Origin: Candidatus Altimarinota bacterium
Lineage (GTDB): Bacteria > Patescibacteriota > Gracilibacteria > UBA4473
Length of the DNA stretch: 64,000 bases
Direction of reading: 5' to 3'
Assembly (NCBI GenBank): GCA_965231215.1
Contig: OZ246423.1
Span: 384,001-448,000, forward strand
In this document: piece by piece, positions 11,212 through 20,192 of the stretch
How the letters are laid out: each line of letters begins with the position of its first letter
Numbering within the stretch: the stretch's first letter is position 1
Program-made: the position numbers and the translations under genes
Notes under the pieces: generated by a model
Told to the model about the DNA's origin: nothing
What the model saw: the letters and a program-made list of their open reading frames with translations, nothing else
Databases searched by the model: none

Positions 11212-13755
11212 ATGTTTAAAGAATTCCTCTTAGGAATTGTCAGCCTCTTTCCTGCTCAAAGTGATCAGCTTTTCTATGCTGAAGAGATCACTATTCCTTC
11301 GGGGCAATCAGTGATAGAAACCCCTTTTGAGTGGAATTCCGTAGTACTACTTGGAAATGAAGGCACCCCCCTTCCAAAGATCTGGCATCAAGTCAGCGAC
11401 ACTATGCACCCCTGGTACAACGCTGAAGATCACATAGGCATGCCAGAATCTCAGCTTTTAGAGTTGCTGTATGTAGGAACCCCCAGAAACAAACTAATCA
11501 TCAAATCAGAAGCCACCGTAAATGTTGTGGCTCACTTTTATAACACTCACATTGAAGGCGAAAATCAAGTGGTCTTTGATAAGTTTGATGACGATTCCAC
11601 TGATGATCCTCGAACCGGCCTTGCCAAACACACCCCCCTGACAAAACGCCCAAAATATATCACCCGAGCCCAATGGCGAGCTGATGAATCTTTACGCGTT
11701 TGGAAACCCTCTAGAGGCTTAAGTCGAGGCTTTAGATCTTCTGTCCCTGAGGCCAAAAATTTGGCTCGTTCACTGCAACCAAAAGTCATTCAAAGAACTA
11801 ATAGCAAAAACCAGCGACTCACCTGGCCCATTGAGGAAAACCAAACCATCAGAAAATTTATTGTCCATCACACCGGTGAGGTGACCGATGAAACCCGTGA
11901 CCCTTATGAACTCATGCGAGCCATTTATTACTACCACACTATTACGCGTGGGTGGGGAGATATTGGATATAACTACGTCATTGATAAACACGGAAATATT
12001 TATGAAGGCCGTGCCGGAGGCGCTACCACTGTTGGCGCTCATACCGCTTATTATAATGCTGGAACTATCGGCATCTCACTTATGGGAAACTTTGAATACG
12101 AACAGCCCACAGAAAAACAACTGCAAGTACTCAAACTCGTACTCGCCGACCACACCAACCGATTCCGTGTAGATCCAACTGCCCAAAGTTACTGGCTGGG
12201 CACTCGTGAATACAATGTAGCCGGTCATAGAGATGTCGCTCGGGTAGGGCATGGAACAGCCTGCCCTGGAAGAAATCTACACGCACTTCTACCAGAGATT
12301 AGAACTGGGGCTAAAGCCTTAGCTCTTAAACTGAAAAAAACAAACCAAAAAAGTGGAGTTGATTTTCTCTACAAATCCAAAGCCGCTCCAAAAATTCAAC
12401 GACGTGTAGACCGAACTAAAAACAAACCAAGCCCCGTAGCTCTAGCCAAACTAATCCAAAAAACTTTCGTACAAAGAGGTAAAAATACCTACCTAGAACT
12501 ACACATCAGAAACAATACTGACAAAGCCTGGAAGCGAGGAGAAAAAATCCTTGTCACTAATGTTCCTGAAGGCATGCGATTAACCAACTTTGTATCGGTT
12601 CAGCCTATTAGCGCTGGAAATACGGGTATATTCAGGTCTAGGTTATCGGTCAAAGACACACCAAACGGGATTTATCAAATCAGTTTGGAACCAAGAATTT
12701 CAACGGTGAGTCGGGATAAAGTACTTCAAAATTTTACCTACCCTATTCAGGTATCCGGAGACCGAAGCCGTCTCACTCAAAAACTCAAGAGCACCAATAC
12801 GATTAAAAAAGGCAGCAGTACCAAAAGTACTTTTAGACCTCCTAGTTTAAAAAATAGTTCTAGGGTGCAACAGCCTTCAAGTAGAACTACCCCCAAAAGC
12901 ATCAATTCAGTCGAAAACTATGGCCCAGATGTAAAAATAAAACTCAGTTTCTTTGATGAAAATTACGCCATTATAACGGCTGACAAAGACCTGCAGGTTT
13001 GGAGTAGAAACAAAATGATCGACACCATCGAGGCCAAAAAAGAAGCTCGAATTTTACCTACCAATAAACCGAGTACTTTCAAAATCGTGACTCATAATCG
13101 TGAGTGGTTGCTGCAAAATCCTCAATTTAAAACGAAAGGAATAATAACCGTAAAAAACTACAACCGAGGCCTTGGGAATATCCCTTACAATCGATTTAGA
13201 GCCCAAATAAATGTTCACAGCAATGTGGGAAAAGACTTTTATCTAGTAAACGAATTACCCCTCGAACAATACCTCTGGGGATTAGCTGAAGAGCCTTCAA
13301 CCGAACCCGATGAAAAGAAGCATGCCATCCATGTTTTGGCTCGAAGTTATGCGCTCGTTTACGCAGGCACTAAACGAAAGTTTGGAACCCCTTTCTATGA
13401 TCTAGAAGATGACCCAGCCAGTTCACAATTCTACCTAGGATATGATTGGGAAGCTTATCACCATGAACAAAAAGCTCTCGTAAACCAAACTAAAGGAGAA
13501 GTCATCATGTATGAAGGACGTCCGGTAATTGGGCCTTATTTTACACAAAGTAGTGGAGAAAGTTCCTCCAAATGGGTCACTCAATACCCTTGGACTACTG
13601 GACGGAAACTCCCATTTGATGAAGGATTAGAACCTCGAGGACACGGCGTAGGCTTATCTGGAAATTCAGCACGAGTTCTAGCAGAATCCGGCAAAACCTA
13701 TAAAGAAATATTAGATTATTTTTATACAGGGATTACCACTGGAAAAGCCTACTAA
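11212..13755 (+). CDS. N-acetylmuramoyl-L-alanine amidase (Amidase_2/PGRP) fused to a SpoIID/LytB lytic transglycosylase domain
   Basis: IVHHT, GWGDIGYN, GAHT, GHRD and TACPG amidase motifs; C-terminal LVNELPLEQYLWGLAEE, ARSYA, SQFYLG, GHGVGLS. Confidence 0.88.
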   Translation: MFKEFLLGIVSLFPAQSDQLFYAEEITIPSGQSVIETPFEWNSVVLLGNEGTPLPKIWHQVSDTMHPWYNAEDHIGMPESQLLELLYVGTPRNKLIIKSEATVNVVAHFYNTHIEGENQVVFDKFDDDSTDDPRTGLAKHTPLTKRPKYITRAQWRADESLRVWKPSRGLSRGFRSSVPEAKNLARSLQPKVIQRTNSKNQRLTWPIEENQTIRKFIVHHTGEVTDETRDPYELMRAIYYYHTITRGWGDIGYNYVIDKHGNIYEGRAGGATTVGAHTAYYNAGTIGISLMGNFEYEQPTEKQLQVLKLVLADHTNRFRVDPTAQSYWLGTREYNVAGHRDVARVGHGTACPGRNLHALLPEIRTGAKALALKLKKTNQKSGVDFLYKSKAAPKIQRRVDRTKNKPSPVALAKLIQKTFVQRGKNTYLELHIRNNTDKAWKRGEKILVTNVPEGMRLTNFVSVQPISAGNTGIFRSRLSVKDTPNGIYQISLEPRISTVSRDKVLQNFTYPIQVSGDRSRLTQKLKSTNTIKKGSSTKSTFRPPSLKNSSRVQQPSSRTTPKSINSVENYGPDVKIKLSFFDENYAIITADKDLQVWSRNKMIDTIEAKKEARILPTNKPSTFKIVTHNREWLLQNPQFKTKGIITVKNYNRGLGNIPYNRFRAQINVHSNVGKDFYLVNELPLEQYLWGLAEEPSTEPDEKKHAIHVLARSYALVYAGTKRKFGTPFYDLEDDPASSQFYLGYDWEAYHHEQKALVNQTKGEVIMYEGRPVIGPYFTQSSGESSSKWVTQYPWTTGRKLPFDEGLEPRGHGVGLSGNSARVLAESGKTYKEILDYFYTGITTGKAY

Positions 13756-13775
13756 CTTTAGGCTAAAATAATGGC

Positions 13776-14333
13776 ATGCTCACCACTTACAGAGAAAGCT
13801 ATAAAACCTTAGTAGAAACTGAACGCCATGACGGTATCCCTTTGGGCTACCTCATTGATGTGGTGATAAACCCCGACAACGGCATCTTTGCCGCCATGTG
13901 GATACAGAGTTTAGAAGATAAAGTCCTACTACTTCCCAAAGATATTGTTTTTTGGACTCATGAACACATCATCATCAATGATGAGAATGATTTAGCCACC
14001 CCCGAGAAACTACCAAGACTCAGTAATATGCTCCACAAAGAATGCGCTATTATCAATGCCCCAGTGTATAACCAGACTGAAGGAGGGTTGATTGGAAAAG
14101 TCCATGACTTTACCTTTGATACTATTTCACCAAGACTCCTCAGTATAGAAGTAAAATACGGCTTACTCGGACTCAAACGTCGAATCATTCCCCACCATAA
14201 AATTAAAAAAATTACACCCGAAGGTATTTTTATCACTGAACCTACCACCAAAATAAAAACCGAACCTGAAGAACTTGAAGATCTCAAAGAAGTACCAAAG
14301 ATAGATTACAAACAAAGAATTGACAAAAATTAA
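13776..14333 (+). CDS. PRC-barrel domain protein
   Basis: Two PRC-like repeats (LGYLIDVVINPDNG; IGKVHDFTFDT). Confidence 0.7.
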   Translation: MLTTYRESYKTLVETERHDGIPLGYLIDVVINPDNGIFAAMWIQSLEDKVLLLPKDIVFWTHEHIIINDENDLATPEKLPRLSNMLHKECAIINAPVYNQTEGGLIGKVHDFTFDTISPRLLSIEVKYGLLGLKRRIIPHHKIKKITPEGIFITEPTTKIKTEPEELEDLKEVPKIDYKQRIDKN

Positions 14334-14356
14334 AAAAAACAAAATTAGCTGCCGGT

Positions 14357-14629
14357 TTACTGATGGAGCTCTGAAATAAACATAAAGTCTTTTTCGGTCA
14401 CGGAGTAATCTGCTTCGTGAGTTTGTACTTTTACAATGACCTTTCCCCAGGAGAGAAAAATATCTGGATGGTGTTTTTGGGTTTCCGCTACCTCTGCCAC
14501 TTTAATCACAAATTCAACCGCTGTAACGTAATCTGGAAACTCAAACTGAGCTACCAAAAATTTTTCATTCCCATCATATTCCCAATCTGGAAATTCTTTG
14601 AGCCGTTCTTGGATTGCTTCTTCGTTCAT
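14357..14629 (-). CDS. phhB: Pterin-4-alpha-carbinolamine dehydratase
   Basis: AETQKHHPDI...TH...VTEKD motif. Confidence 0.9.
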   Translation of the reverse strand: MNEEAIQERLKEFPDWEYDGNEKFLVAQFEFPDYVTAVEFVIKVAEVAETQKHHPDIFLSWGKVIVKVQTHEADYSVTEKDFMFISELHQ

Positions 14630-14643
14630 AACTAAAAAATTAC

Positions 14644-14762
14644 AGGGTGTTCAAAAACAAGGAATTCAAGGAAAAATAAAATACCATAAAAAAGTGTACT
14701 ATATTGTACCCGTTTGAGGCTATTTTTTTTTGACGATGAAGTTCGTAGGTTTTCAACATCCT
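14644..14762. mobile_element. MITE-like 119-bp element with imperfect terminal inverted repeats
   Basis: AGGGTGTTCAAAA ... TTTTCAACATCCT (11/13 IR), central GTAC-TATATT-GTAC; fills the phhB-yggT spacer. Confidence 0.5.
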
Positions 14763-15060
14763 AAGCCATTAAGCGGGTTAAAAATTCGTGACTAAGAGTT
14801 ACCAAAAAATCTAAAACCAAAATAGCCACAATAGGTGATAAATCCAACATCCCAATACGGGCCCACCGGAAAGGTCTCAGCACCGGTTCTACAATCTGTC
14901 CTAAGGTTTGAAAGAATTTATTTCCTGGCCCAAGAATCCCAAATAACACTAACCAACTACAAATTACCCATCCTAAAATAGAGAAAAAAAGCAGTTGAAA
15001 AAAAATCGCTGAAAAATTCAGCAAAAAATAAATCAACTTGTACACAATGGGATTTTCCAT
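14761..15060 (-). CDS. yggT: YggT family membrane protein
   Basis: SW...EPVLRPFR...GMLDLSPIVA signature. Confidence 0.88.
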   Translation of the reverse strand: MENPIVYKLIYFLLNFSAIFFQLLFFSILGWVICSWLVLFGILGPGNKFFQTLGQIVEPVLRPFRWARIGMLDLSPIVAILVLDFLVTLSHEFLTRLMA

Positions 15061-15103
15061 TGGCCACACCATAAGGAAATCACCTTAAATTGTAAATTTT
15101 TAC

Positions 15104-15412
15104 TTATCGGAAATCCTGGTTTTGAGAAAACCGTTCAAGAACATCCTTCAGTTCTACAAAATACTGACCAATTAATGGAAAATCCACGAGGTTAGTCAGA
15201 AGCCAAATAAGGAGGGCAAATACCACTGTCATCCCCACAATAATTCCTAAACCTCTAAAAATACCCGCCAAAAAATTATGCCACATAATTCGCCAAGGAG
15301 ACCTCAAGTATTTTATAAATTCACTCACTTGTAACTCCTTAAATGCATCACGGATAGCTTGTGCATCTTTTTCCGCACGTGTTTTTATTGGCTTTTTTGT
15401 ATTTTTCGTCAT
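15104..15412 (-). CDS. DUF5665 family membrane protein
   Basis: YLRSPWRIMWHNFLAGIFRGLGIIVG...PLIG. Confidence 0.8.
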   Translation of the reverse strand: MTKNTKKPIKTRAEKDAQAIRDAFKELQVSEFIKYLRSPWRIMWHNFLAGIFRGLGIIVGMTVVFALLIWLLTNLVDFPLIGQYFVELKDVLERFSQNQDFR

Positions 15413-15480
15413 TTTTCGCTTAATTATAGCATAAAACCCGATTTTTATCAATTATGATCTAAGGTATAATAGAGATAACT

Positions 15481-17751
15481 ATGACTAAAAAAGAAGCCCC
15501 TAAGAAGTTTAAATTTGAACCTAAAAAGATTCCCACCAATAGTGGTTGTTACCTTTATTATGATGCAGAAGACAACCTCCTTTATGTAGGCAAAGCCAAA
15601 AATCTCCGAAAGCGAGTTTCTCAATACTTTCAAAAGACCAAGCAGACCGTTAAAACTTCACTTATGGTCTCTAAAATTACGCGAATAGAGACTCAAGTAG
15701 TCAACTCAGAGATTGAAGCCCTTATCCTCGAAAATAACCTTATTAAAGAGTATAAACCTAAGTTCAATATTCTGCTCAGAGATGATAAAAATTTCACCTA
15801 TCTGAGAGTTACCAACGAAACCGAACCCAAATTAGAGATTGTACGTCGAGTGATAAAAGATGGCAGTACTTATTTTGGTCCCAAGACCTCCGGAAAAGAA
15901 TTCAAAGAAACCGTAAAATTCTGTCAAAAATTCTTTGGAGCCAAAATGGTAAAACCCAATCAAGACTACTACATCAATCAACTCATCGGCAAGGAACTTC
16001 CCCTTGAAGAGTACCAAGCCAATATGCAACGGATGAAAGCCTTCCTCCGTGGTCAGACCAAAGAAGTCATCGCCGAACTCACTGAACGCATGATGGCTTT
16101 TGCCAAAGAATCCAACTTTGAAGCCGCTGCACGTATGCGAGACACCATCCAATCCATTGATAAATCCACTCAAAAACAAACCGTAGAATTTACTGATCTC
16201 ATCGACAGAGACTTTATAAACTATCATCAAGACGGCAAAGATATTTTTTGTGTCCGAATGGCTTTCCGGCAAGGAAAATTTCGAGATCTCAACCATATAA
16301 AATTCAAAGGCGCTGAATTCAACGAGCCCTCAGAAATACTCACACAAATGCTGATGCAGTTTTACGAAAAGGTAACAGACTACCCCAGAGAAATTTTTGT
16401 CCCAGAAGCTCTAGAAAATCATCAAATTCTAGAACAATTCCTGACTGATAATTTCTTTGAAAATCAAAAAACCGAAATCTGCACACCGCAAAAAGGAGAT
16501 AAGAAAAAAATCTTAGAACTCGCCGCCAAAAACGCCAAAAACGAAGCTGAAAAAACAAAGATAGAGGAAATGAGCCAGGCTGAAAACTTTTCAAAAGCTC
16601 TCCCAGAACTTACCAAAGCCTTAAACCTCAAAGAACCTCCAAAGCGTATGGAATGCTACGATATCTCACATTTTTCTGGTACCCATACGGTGGCCTCAAT
16701 GGTGGTATTCATAAATGGGCAACCAAAAACTTCTGAATACCGTAGATTTAATATTAAGAGCCTCCCAAACGGAAAAATCAATGACTTTGCCAGTATGGAA
16801 GAAGTACTCAGTCGCCGCTTCCAGAGAACCGAGTCCGGACTCACCCAAGTCCGGACTCGGGAGGTGGTGATGAAGCCGGTTGAGACTAAAAAAGAGTGGA
16901 CTGAATATCACCGTATCCGCAAGAGTGAGCTCTTTGACCGCTACCAGCCAGAGGTTCAGTACGACCCAGAACAGAAGGATGAATTTAAAAACAAAAATCA
17001 CCCGATGGTGTTTTATCTTGGTAACCAAATTATTGGGACTGTGCGGCTCGATGAGAAACCAAAAAAGCAACTTATTATGCGGCTAATGGCAATTGATGAG
17101 CCACTACAGAGGCAAAACTACGGCTCCCAAGCTCTCAAGCTCATTGAGACCTGGGCACTAGAACAAAAATACAAGCACTTAGTGCTAAATGCCCAACCAG
17201 CAGTGATTGATTTTTATCTGAAAAACGGATTCGAAGCTGACTACTGGAAAGGCGACGCCCATTCAGATTGTGGCTGTGTGCCAATGGGTAAAGAACTCCT
17301 TGTCAAAAAAGAAAAATGGAGCCTCCCAGATCTAGTTGTCATTGATGGAGGAAAAGGACAGCTCAGTAGCACTATGAAAGTATTTAAAGATCTAAAAGTT
17401 GAAGGATTTGATCCACAAAATCAAATCATTTCGTTGGCCAAACGGGACGAACAGATTTTCCGGCCAAGCAGCCGTGAGCCCATAGAGCTAGATTTTGATA
17501 ATCCTGGACTAAAGCTCCTGCAAAGAATCCGTGATGAAGCGCATCGATTTGCCATTAGTGCCAACCGAAATCTTCGGCAAAAATCCCAGACTAAGTCCGT
17601 CCTAGATGAAGTTCCAGGCATCGGCCCAGGAAGTAAAAAGAAGTTGATGAAAGAGTTTGAAACAGTAGGAGGTATCCGTGAAGCCAGCGACCAAGACCTA
17701 CTCAAAATCATAAATAAAAAACAACTAGACAATCTCCGAAAACACCTTTGA
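15481..17751 (+). CDS. uvrC: Excinuclease ABC subunit C with an inserted GNAT domain
   Basis: GIY-YIG (GCY...LYVGKAKNLRKRV), UVR (FEAAARMRD), ECYDISH, DLVVIDGGKGQL, RIRDEAHRFA, HhH; ~160-aa insert between SRRFQR and WSLPDL. Confidence 0.95.
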   Translation: MTKKEAPKKFKFEPKKIPTNSGCYLYYDAEDNLLYVGKAKNLRKRVSQYFQKTKQTVKTSLMVSKITRIETQVVNSEIEALILENNLIKEYKPKFNILLRDDKNFTYLRVTNETEPKLEIVRRVIKDGSTYFGPKTSGKEFKETVKFCQKFFGAKMVKPNQDYYINQLIGKELPLEEYQANMQRMKAFLRGQTKEVIAELTERMMAFAKESNFEAAARMRDTIQSIDKSTQKQTVEFTDLIDRDFINYHQDGKDIFCVRMAFRQGKFRDLNHIKFKGAEFNEPSEILTQMLMQFYEKVTDYPREIFVPEALENHQILEQFLTDNFFENQKTEICTPQKGDKKKILELAAKNAKNEAEKTKIEEMSQAENFSKALPELTKALNLKEPPKRMECYDISHFSGTHTVASMVVFINGQPKTSEYRRFNIKSLPNGKINDFASMEEVLSRRFQRTESGLTQVRTREVVMKPVETKKEWTEYHRIRKSELFDRYQPEVQYDPEQKDEFKNKNHPMVFYLGNQIIGTVRLDEKPKKQLIMRLMAIDEPLQRQNYGSQALKLIETWALEQKYKHLVLNAQPAVIDFYLKNGFEADYWKGDAHSDCGCVPMGKELLVKKEKWSLPDLVVIDGGKGQLSSTMKVFKDLKVEGFDPQNQIISLAKRDEQIFRPSSREPIELDFDNPGLKLLQRIRDEAHRFAISANRNLRQKSQTKSVLDEVPGIGPGSKKKLMKEFETVGGIREASDQDLLKIINKKQLDNLRKHL
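16829..16860. repeat. Perfect 13-bp hairpin at the 5' junction of the uvrC insert
   Basis: CCGAGTCCGGACT-CACCCA-AGTCCGGACTCGG. Confidence 0.9.
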
Positions 17752-17761
17752 AAGTCTCACG

Positions 17762-17806
17762 CTTAATCTTCGTATAAAAATAATCGAAAGATTAAGATTT
17801 TTTTTC
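17762..17806 (+). terminator. Possible uvrC terminator
   Basis: CTTAATCTT...AAGATTAAG inverted repeat followed by a T-tract. Confidence 0.4.
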
Positions 17807-17870
17807 GCATCAAATCTTTTTCTCTTAAATCTAACTTAAATTTTGGTAAAAGTGAGTCTGTGCCACTTAA

Positions 17871-18263
17871 TTACCCTAAATCATCGTAATATTCTACTTC
17901 AAAGGAGAGTGTCCCCCCCCACCAAGTAGTTTTTTTAAGAGGCGTTAACACCATCCCATGAATTTCATATTCTGGCAGTTTAGACATTTTCATTTTACGA
18001 TGAAAAAAATCTACAGCTACCCGCTGCATCCGCCGAATTTTTTGAGGTCCGATAGATTCAATCCCTAACACAAAACCTTGGCTAGTACGCGTTTTCACCT
18101 CTACTAAAATATAAAATTCTTCCTTTTTATCGTACGCTACAATATCTATCTCCCCTCCCTGAGCATACACATTACGATCTATGATTTTGTATGCTTTATT
18201 TTTCATAAGCCACTTAGCCGCAAATATTTCTCCTGCTTTTCCTAAATTTTTATGATCCTCCAT
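17871..18263 (-). CDS. yraN: YraN (UPF0102) family PD-(D/E)xK nuclease-like protein
   Basis: LGKAGE, GGEIDIVA, LVEVKTR. Confidence 0.88.
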   Translation of the reverse strand: MEDHKNLGKAGEIFAAKWLMKNKAYKIIDRNVYAQGGEIDIVAYDKKEEFYILVEVKTRTSQGFVLGIESIGPQKIRRMQRVAVDFFHRKMKMSKLPEYEIHGMVLTPLKKTTWWGGTLSFEVEYYDDLG

Positions 18264-18623
18264 ATAGAAAATTATGAAGACTAAACACCAAAAAACACTT
18301 ATCAAAATTAATAAGTATTTAATGCTTGGTAAGTTTTAGACCAAATTGCCGTGTTCTTCCCGAACTCCTTTCCCCTAATTTTACAAGTGGGTTTTCATAC
18401 TTCCACCCCAAGGGGCGAAATGATCCGAAATCCCGTAAGGAGATGATTGGTAGAAGAAGATACGAGAAAAATCACGTACAGTTCAGTTCTGTCCTCGAAT
18501 TTATTACATCTTTGTAAATGGGTCAACCAGAGCGCGTTGACATGATCTAATTTTGTGTTCATTTAAAAACTTTCATTTTTTTATTTTTTACCTAATATCT
18601 CTCTCAGCAATTCAATTTGCAAC

Positions 18624-18699
18624 GGGCCAGTAGCTCAGAGGTTAGAGCAGGGCGCTCATAACGCCTTGGTCGCTGGTTCAATTCCAGCCTGGCCCACCA
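18624..18699 (+). tRNA. tRNA with CAU anticodon, most likely tRNA-Ile2 (lysidine)
   Basis: 76-nt cloverleaf GGGCCAG...CTCATAA...GGTTCAATTCC...CTGGCCC-A-CCA; G1-C72 paired so not initiator; body resembles ileX-type tRNAs. Confidence 0.9.
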
Positions 18700-18728
18700 G
18701 ACCATCATCTCAACTGTTGAAACCCTCC

Positions 18729-19388
18729 TTAGTTCCAATAGAGGAAAGTAAAAAGTAATACCCCAAAGACCTCTCTCAAGGTAAAATAGGCTTCTTTAAG
18801 GTATCGTCCTTTGTGATACTTCGCGACATGCAGATGATAATCTTTGATTCCTAGTTTTTTAGCAATCATATTGATGCGAGCCAGGTGAAAATCATTTGAG
18901 ACAAATACCAAATGCTTTTTAGAAAGTTTTGCAAACTGCAGTGTAGCCAGGGTGTTTTTACCTCCGTAATCGTAAAAAATATCTTGTTCTCTCACTCCCC
19001 TTTCTAGAGCCATATTCTTCATTACACTCACCTCATGCGCTCCATAGGTAGACTCACCACCAGAAAGAATTAAACACGACACTTGATTTTTAGCATACAA
19101 ATCCAAAGCTGATTCTGTTCTGTCGTACAAAGCATGCGAAGGCACATCCCCCCTCCATACCGCGGCTCCAAAAATGACAGCACAGCCATCGGTTTTACCG
19201 GTGAATTGACTATCATAAAAAGACCGAATATAAAAAAACGATCCTCCCAAGGCTATCACCCCTAAAAGCCCTAAAACAAAGATCACTCTCCACCAAGAGA
19301 ACTTTAATTTTTGCTCTTCGTTATAAGCTACATATAAAATCCCTCCTAAAAAGAGACTGAGGACGTAGGCAAGACGTTTAAACTTCAC
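18729..19388 (-). CDS. YdcF/DUF218 family protein
   Basis: VIFGAAV, ILSGG, NTLAT, VSNDFHLAR and REV motifs after TM helices. Confidence 0.87.
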   Translation of the reverse strand: MKFKRLAYVLSLFLGGILYVAYNEEQKLKFSWWRVIFVLGLLGVIALGGSFFYIRSFYDSQFTGKTDGCAVIFGAAVWRGDVPSHALYDRTESALDLYAKNQVSCLILSGGESTYGAHEVSVMKNMALERGVREQDIFYDYGGKNTLATLQFAKLSKKHLVFVSNDFHLARINMIAKKLGIKDYHLHVAKYHKGRYLKEAYFTLREVFGVLLFTFLYWN

Positions 19389-19487
19389 ATAAACAACATA
19401 AAAAAATTTTACGTGAGGTCAAATACCCAAAAAAAACTCCAGCTCTCCTGGTGTAGAGACTCGTTTCAAAATATCGTTAAACAGATC

Positions 19488-19964
19488 TCACTCGTTAGAT
19501 TTATTCCACACTTCTCCGGTATTAAAGGTAGAAAAATGAAGCTGATATTCTGGAGACCAGTGTTTGAGATTCTTCCAATTAAATCTATCTTCTTGTCCTT
19601 CAAATACCTCTGGAGCTTTTTCTGTATTTTTTGGTGGTGAACTGTAATAAAAAGTATTCTGCTCGGCATACTCTAAGGCTTTCACATAATCCAGTAACAC
19701 CGATTCATCTTCAATCACACAGTTATTAATGTAGTGATTCCATCCCCCCCCGTAGTCGTAACAAAGATTAATTTGTTCTACCAAAGTTAAATTACTTTCC
19801 GGTTCTGGTTTATTGAGAGCCGAATGCCAAGTCCACTTTTCTCCGTCATTAAAGGTAGAGTAATAAAGCTGATCTCCTTGAGTCCAATCTTCATAGGTTT
19901 TATAGCTAAAATAAGCCTGCGTGCTCAGGGGCAAGAAGAGAAGTCCAAATAGAATTTTTTTCAT
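19488..19964 (-). CDS. Hypothetical exported protein
   Basis: Signal peptide MKKILFGLLFLPLSTQA; ends in TGA with 22 further open codons. Confidence 0.6.
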   Translation of the reverse strand: MKKILFGLLFLPLSTQAYFSYKTYEDWTQGDQLYYSTFNDGEKWTWHSALNKPEPESNLTLVEQINLCYDYGGGWNHYINNCVIEDESVLLDYVKALEYAEQNTFYYSSPPKNTEKAPEVFEGQEDRFNWKNLKHWSPEYQLHFSTFNTGEVWNKSNE

Positions 19965-20029
19965 GTATGTTTTTATTCTAAATCAATAATACGAAATAAA
20001 GAACCTTTCTATGACAGTAATTTTTAAAA

Positions 20030-20190
20030 TTTTAAAAAACATTAATCTGACTGAACCTAAAAACATCATAGTCAGCACAAGGGTTTCATAATGTAGTTAC
20101 GCTAGTCTTATTCAAAATAACTTTCCCAACCCAGGCTCCAAAAAACCTGCTAACAAAACCAAAGAGGATAATTGAGCCTATTTCTATGCA
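20030..20190 (-). pseudogene. Possible remnant of a TSUP/TauE-like membrane protein C-terminus
   Basis: IILFGFVSRFFGAWVGKVILNKTSVTTL* then frameshifted LVLTMMFLGSVRLMFF. Confidence 0.3.
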
Positions 20191-20192
20191 TA

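Noticed and set aside
16828-17310. Intein as the explanation of the UvrC insert
   Set aside because: No N-terminal C/S splice block or C-terminal HN-C/S/T; the insert has GNAT motifs
18326-18540. Structured ncRNA or riboswitch upstream of the tRNA
   Set aside because: No recognisable consensus; better explained as a broken minus-strand ORF
18624-18699. Initiator tRNA-fMet
   Set aside because: 1-72 is G-C paired and the anticodon stem lacks the three consecutive G-C pairs next to the loop
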